Source of the DNA: Guillardia theta CCMP2712
Lineage: Eukaryota > Protista > Cryptophyta
NCBI RefSeq assembly: GCF_000315625.1
Contig: NW_005434646.1
Coordinates: forward strand, 1 to 64,000
Direction of reading: 5' to 3'
DNA length: 64,000 nucleotides
The first letter of the stretch is position 1. Every line of letters starts with the position of its first letter. A program made the position numbers and the translations under genes. Positions 59,650 through 64,000 of the stretch are shown here, one piece after another. The notes under the pieces were generated by a model. It was given only the letters and a program-made list of their open reading frames with translations. It ran no database searches and was not told the DNA's origin.

Positions 59650-60641
59650 ATGCAGCAGGAAGGGTTCGAGGTGTTGAAAGAGGAACAGATCTTCCACAGG
59701 TGAGACAGGAGGGGACGAGAAGAGACTTACAAGCTTGTTACACAGGTATCTGACCATCATCGATAGAGTTGTCAAGTATCCGAATGGTAAAGAAGTAAAG
59801 TTCGACGTTCTTACCTGCCCAAGTGAGACATGAACTTGTGAATTACTTGCCAATGGATTCATTGACTGATTGACATAAGGCAACCATTTCGTGACTGCTC
59901 TCGCTTTCTTCACGTCAACAAAACAGTTTGCTGTGATCAAGGAGTAAGTTGACGTGTATCTGTGTTGGGAGTGTTGATAGCGCATCAGGTACTTTCAGGG
60001 CGTCAACAGAATAGGATCGGCGATCGCATGTGGTAGATATGAACCATCAAAACATAACAGCATCTTGCACGCAGCAGAGTGAGTTATATGTCATGAGATC
60101 CTCGGAGCAATATTGTTGATTGACCTTTCCAGATGTGAGTTGTCGGAGGAGTGTGCGCTGAAGGGAGGGAAATGGATCAAACTTATTCCCGATGGACATC
60201 CGGGAGTAAGAATTCATCTTTCATCGACCATCCTCTTTCCCGTCTGCTTTCATTTCATCTTTCTTACAATATCTTTCATTGTCTTGTTCGTGAATCTTAT
60301 CTGCCTGATCAAGTTGCGTGAAGGTCATTGAGGCGAAGTGGGCAGCGACTAGATTCACACCTTTCCTTGTGATCGATCCAGAAGAGGATGAAAGTATGGA
60401 GACAATGCTGGCTTGATAGCGCTTGATGAACTCTTACAGATCCACTCGAGAAAGACGAGGAGGAATACATGCACAGGGCAAGTGTAGAATTTTGCGTGTT
60501 TCGTTATTCTGACTTCATGAACAGGAGAATGTCACTTTAGAGCAGCTAGAAGATCTTGCTTTCAGTGGAGAAATGCATTTGCCTTCATCACAAACCGTTT
60601 TCATGGGATTGAAATATTTACGAACAAACAATTTACTATAA
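59650..60641 (+). CDS. Nudix-family hydrolase (multi-exon)
   Basis: Spliced reading RYLTIIDRVVKYPNGK..CGRYEPSKHNSILHAAE|CELSEECAL resembles a Nudix box. Confidence 0.7.
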
Positions 60642-60922
60642 ACTCCTTTGAGAATTTTTCGTTCCTCATCATCTTATGTGAGCTTGATGACTTAGTACAT
60701 GCGTTGGTTTCTTCCATTAATAGTCGATCTTGGTTACTGATACGATCATCCGTCTACGAAATGAATAGGCGATTTTGAATACTTCACGACTGTGTAAATG
60801 CTTTCCACGATTGTTCTTACAAGAAAGACAAACTCACATAAAATGGCTTTTGAAATCTTCAATAAATGGGAGGAAACAAGAAACTTAAAAAATTACAGTC
60901 ACACATGTGCAAAACAAGGGGT

Positions 60923-62356
60923 CTAGGCCCCAAACAGAGGAGAACCCGCCATGGTGCTGGCGAGGGGGGCCTCTGATTCCGGATGAGGGTGCTTCTTTCG
61001 GTAGGCGTTTGTGGCAGGACCATACTGCCCGTTTTCCGCAGGATTAACGACGGAAGGGTCCCAACCACTCCCACCGACTGGGTTCAAATACCCCCCGTCA
61101 TCATCTCCTCCCCAGTGCAGCCACCCAGGAGTTGGTCGACCCAGCAATGACCATGTGGTGGTTGACTTGACGAAAGGATCGAAAGTTCCACCACCACCAA
61201 CGGTCATGTCATAAACAGATCCTTCACGCCCTGTAGAAATTCCCACCTCTGTTCTGAAATAGAGCATCTGTCGTTTCAGGTTAATCTTCTCCTGCTCAAG
61301 GTTCAACTTCGCAAGGGTTCTGGTCAATGAGTTTGCGTTCAACTTGGAATCAAGAAGGATTTCTTCCTTCGTTTTCTTGGCTCGTAAATGCTTGAGAGCA
61401 TCAAGTAGAGGATATCCTGACGTCTTTCGGGCCAGCTCTACCATTTCATGTAGTCGCTTCAGATTCTCCTCTTGCTTTTCAACGGCGATACCCCAAGGAC
61501 TTGTATCCGACTTGACGCCAGCAAGGGATGCAGGGCAAGTTTCAACAGCTTCATGGACAAGCTGACCTTGAATTGCAGGGCACTCTGTGCTACATATTTG
61601 AGCATCGCTACCGCACCAGAGGCAACCACCATTCACGCAAGCAGAGCATTCTGACAAGGATGCGCAGTTCCGAGCCACGGTGCCGTTCCCATGTTCCATC
61701 TCCATCGTGCTCGTCTTGGACTGCGAAAGCTTTGAAGAGGGCACGAACCTAAGCCAAGATGGAACAGGTCGACCTTGCGGATCCAGCGGTGGGACCCACT
61801 CAGTGAATAGCTTAACTCCTTTACCTTGCCAAGGGCTGCCGACCAGACTTGCAAACACCTTGGCTCGTTTCCAATTGAGTAGCAGTTGTTGACGATCGAG
61901 GGCTTCTTGCTGAGAAAATAAACTTCGGGGAACCATGATGTGACTCTTAGCATCGGATTTCGAGCTCGACGTAGAGGACTTCTTTCCAAAGTTTTTTTGG
62001 GCAAGGAGGCTCATACTAGCATCGTTTGTGTCACCCCAGCTGGGGTGCGAGAGGAAACAAGAATTGAGAGTGGCCCGCTCTGTTGCACTCTTGCAAGCTC
62101 CTCGGATGCATTCAAGAGCTCCTGTAGCATCAATCTCTGCATCCTTCCAAGGCTTGTTCGTCTGCAATATGTCGCCCATGCATTGAGCACAAGCCTGTCT
62201 TAACTCAGCATTCACATGATGTCGTCCACTTCCAGCCATGTTCATCAGAAGCTTCGTGTGATTGTGACTGTCTCTCTGCCATGCTGTCAACATAAGCATC
62301 GTCACCATCAACGCAAAGCTGCTCGCGGCAGCTGCTCCACCGCGCCATCCCCTCAT
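60923..62356 (-). CDS. Membrane-anchored or secreted protein with PSI-like Cys module
   Basis: Long ORF, N-terminal hydrophobic segment, CASLSECSACVNGGCLWCGS..C. Confidence 0.65.
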   Translation of the reverse strand: MRGWRGGAAAASSFALMVTMLMLTAWQRDSHNHTKLLMNMAGSGRHHVNAELRQACAQCMGDILQTNKPWKDAEIDATGALECIRGACKSATERATLNSCFLSHPSWGDTNDASMSLLAQKNFGKKSSTSSSKSDAKSHIMVPRSLFSQQEALDRQQLLLNWKRAKVFASLVGSPWQGKGVKLFTEWVPPLDPQGRPVPSWLRFVPSSKLSQSKTSTMEMEHGNGTVARNCASLSECSACVNGGCLWCGSDAQICSTECPAIQGQLVHEAVETCPASLAGVKSDTSPWGIAVEKQEENLKRLHEMVELARKTSGYPLLDALKHLRAKKTKEEILLDSKLNANSLTRTLAKLNLEQEKINLKRQMLYFRTEVGISTGREGSVYDMTVGGGGTFDPFVKSTTTWSLLGRPTPGWLHWGGDDDGGYLNPVGGSGWDPSVVNPAENGQYGPATNAYRKKHPHPESEAPLASTMAGSPLFGA

Positions 62357-63486
62357 TTCCGAATTTAGAGTCACCGCCAGTCTTTTTTTTTTTCCACGAC
62401 TCGAAATCTTTGTGGAGGCAACCAGGAACTTGCGAGGATTGGCGGCAGCGAGAAGGACGCATGCTACCCGCGTTGCTGTGAAAGTCAGATTGCAGTCATT
62501 CTTGGAAGAGAGTCAGCTATTCCTTTCCATTGTCGTATGACTAGCACGCCTCATCATAGAAGGGAGACATCTCAAGCAGGTCTGGGGCAGAATTCCGAAC
62601 TTAATTCCACATACAATTGTCTCCAGCAGCAAATTTGTGACAGTCTTTAGTGTCACTCAGATCGCGGATCAAAATGTTTCTCGGAACAAATCAAAACTAT
62701 CATTTTATTCGAACACAAATCTGGCAACGAAGATCGAAAGGACGAACATGTTTGAGTATTTTGTGGACTGCACAAAACAGAGCGTGTCTACAATATAAGC
62801 GTTCAAGAGATAGCATTTCATTATGATTGTCTATGTCGTCCCATTGTCTGCATCAAGTGCATCAAAATGTTCGTATGAAATGGCTCTAAGTCAACATCTT
62901 GCTGAGCAATGAATGATTGCTTTTCAACATCTCTTTACAAGGACAGCTCTCATTCGTTTCTGATTCTTGTATTTTAAGGCCATTCCATTTGCATAATTCT
63001 ATGAGAACAGATGAAATCAGATTTCATGAGGCATCTACATCAACGGCGTTTACTCTCACTAATGGGCCATACGGAGCCAAGGGGATACAGCACTACGAGC
63101 ATGTCGCTCCCGATGTGTCTCGGGATCGATGCTCGGAGGCGGGTCACCGTACCGGGTCGGAGTATTTGCAGCCGATGTGATCCCCCCGGCCTCCCCCATC
63201 TAGAAGGGTCGGACCTGGGGGTCCACGTGAGCCGGTCCTCATAGGAGGGGTCTCGACCTGAATGCTAAGGGGTGGAATCAGGTCAGAAGATGGGGTCATC
63301 TCCCCTCGTGTCGAACATATCCGATGTGCTGCGAGCAAGGGATAGGGGTAGATTGCAGATGGGGGTAGGGTAGGTCCGTTACATTTTTTGGGCATGCAGG
63401 ATCGTTGGCATGCGAGTGGCGGAGGAAAGCAGAACATGATGCGAGAGACAAGGAGGGAGCATCACCACCTTCACCATCGTATCTAT

Positions 63487-63529
<43 letters not shown>

Positions 63530-63530
63530 T
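63487..63530. repeat. (CAG)n microsatellite, ~14 units, probably within a partial + strand gene
   Basis: Direct reading. Confidence 0.93.
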
Positions 63531-64000
63531 GTTTCATGCTCATTCAGCTGCCGCTCGAGGTCCCCTACCTTTGGGATTGCAATCAGCCACAATAGTCCCG
63601 AGTGCTTCCATGCCAGCAGTACAAAGAATGTCCGGGGCGGTACTGCAGGCTGGGATGAGAGGACGCGTGAACTCTACTCCTGATGTAAAACCTCTGAGTT
63701 CGGGCTTCGGCTCCAGTTCTCAAGAAGTAGAAAGAATCATGTCAAATGCTCAAGCGCAGAAGTGGGGACGGGATTGGCCTGAGCTGTTTGATAACCTTCC
63801 AGGCAGCGAGGTGTACATGGGGACAGGAACCTTTGAAGTCGATGAAGACTTTCACTTCTTCTTGGACCTTGACGATCTTCTCTTCCGACAGAGAGCTGCA
63901 CGACTAGCCAAGCAGAACGCAGCTCAACTAGCTAAAGAGAGACCACCTGGAAACGTGCAGCGGCAAAGCTCGAATGATCCAATGAGAGGATCAAGGTCTG

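Overview
Eukaryotic, intron-rich (short GT-AG introns), subtelomeric window from a left chromosome end with plant-type (CCCTAAA)n/(TTTAGGG)n repeats. Bipartite plastid leaders, an LRIRGG motif and tiny introns suggest a cryptophyte such as Guillardia theta, but this is inference. Bases 1-10.66 kb and 17.0-34.33 kb are arrays of seven co-oriented (minus-strand) non-LTR retroelement copies interleaved with short telomeric tracts. The autonomous type (copy A, relatives C and F) has an RRM-like ORF1 coupled by a TAATG stop-start to a ~2,580-aa ORF2: Ulp1-like protease, AP endonuclease, RT, dead RNase H, CCHC finger and restriction-like endonuclease. That is a dual-endonuclease, Dualen-like polyprotein. 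A second type (copies B, D, G) carries only ORF1; its complete copy G shares the 3' terminus TAATAAACTCAA+(NTA)n with F, like a HeT-A/HAL1-style non-autonomous partner. Each copy with an intact 5' end begins with its own 19-20-bp minisatellite and a short uORF. Junction phases suggest site-specific insertion into telomeric repeats plus repeated telomerase healing. This telomere retroelement consortium is the main candidate novel system. A gap-bounded island (10.66-16.9 kb) encodes an ADP-ribosyltransferase fused to a variable ankyrin array. From 34.33 kb inward are ordinary genes: a Cys-rich surface protein, ZPR1-like protein, SK-like K+ channel, Crinkler/RHS-like pseudogene, R3H-SF1 helicase, SHIPPO-PDZ-WW-pseudoHECT protein, M17 aminopeptidase, Nudix hydrolase and PSI-like protein. 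All domain calls are by motif recognition without searches.
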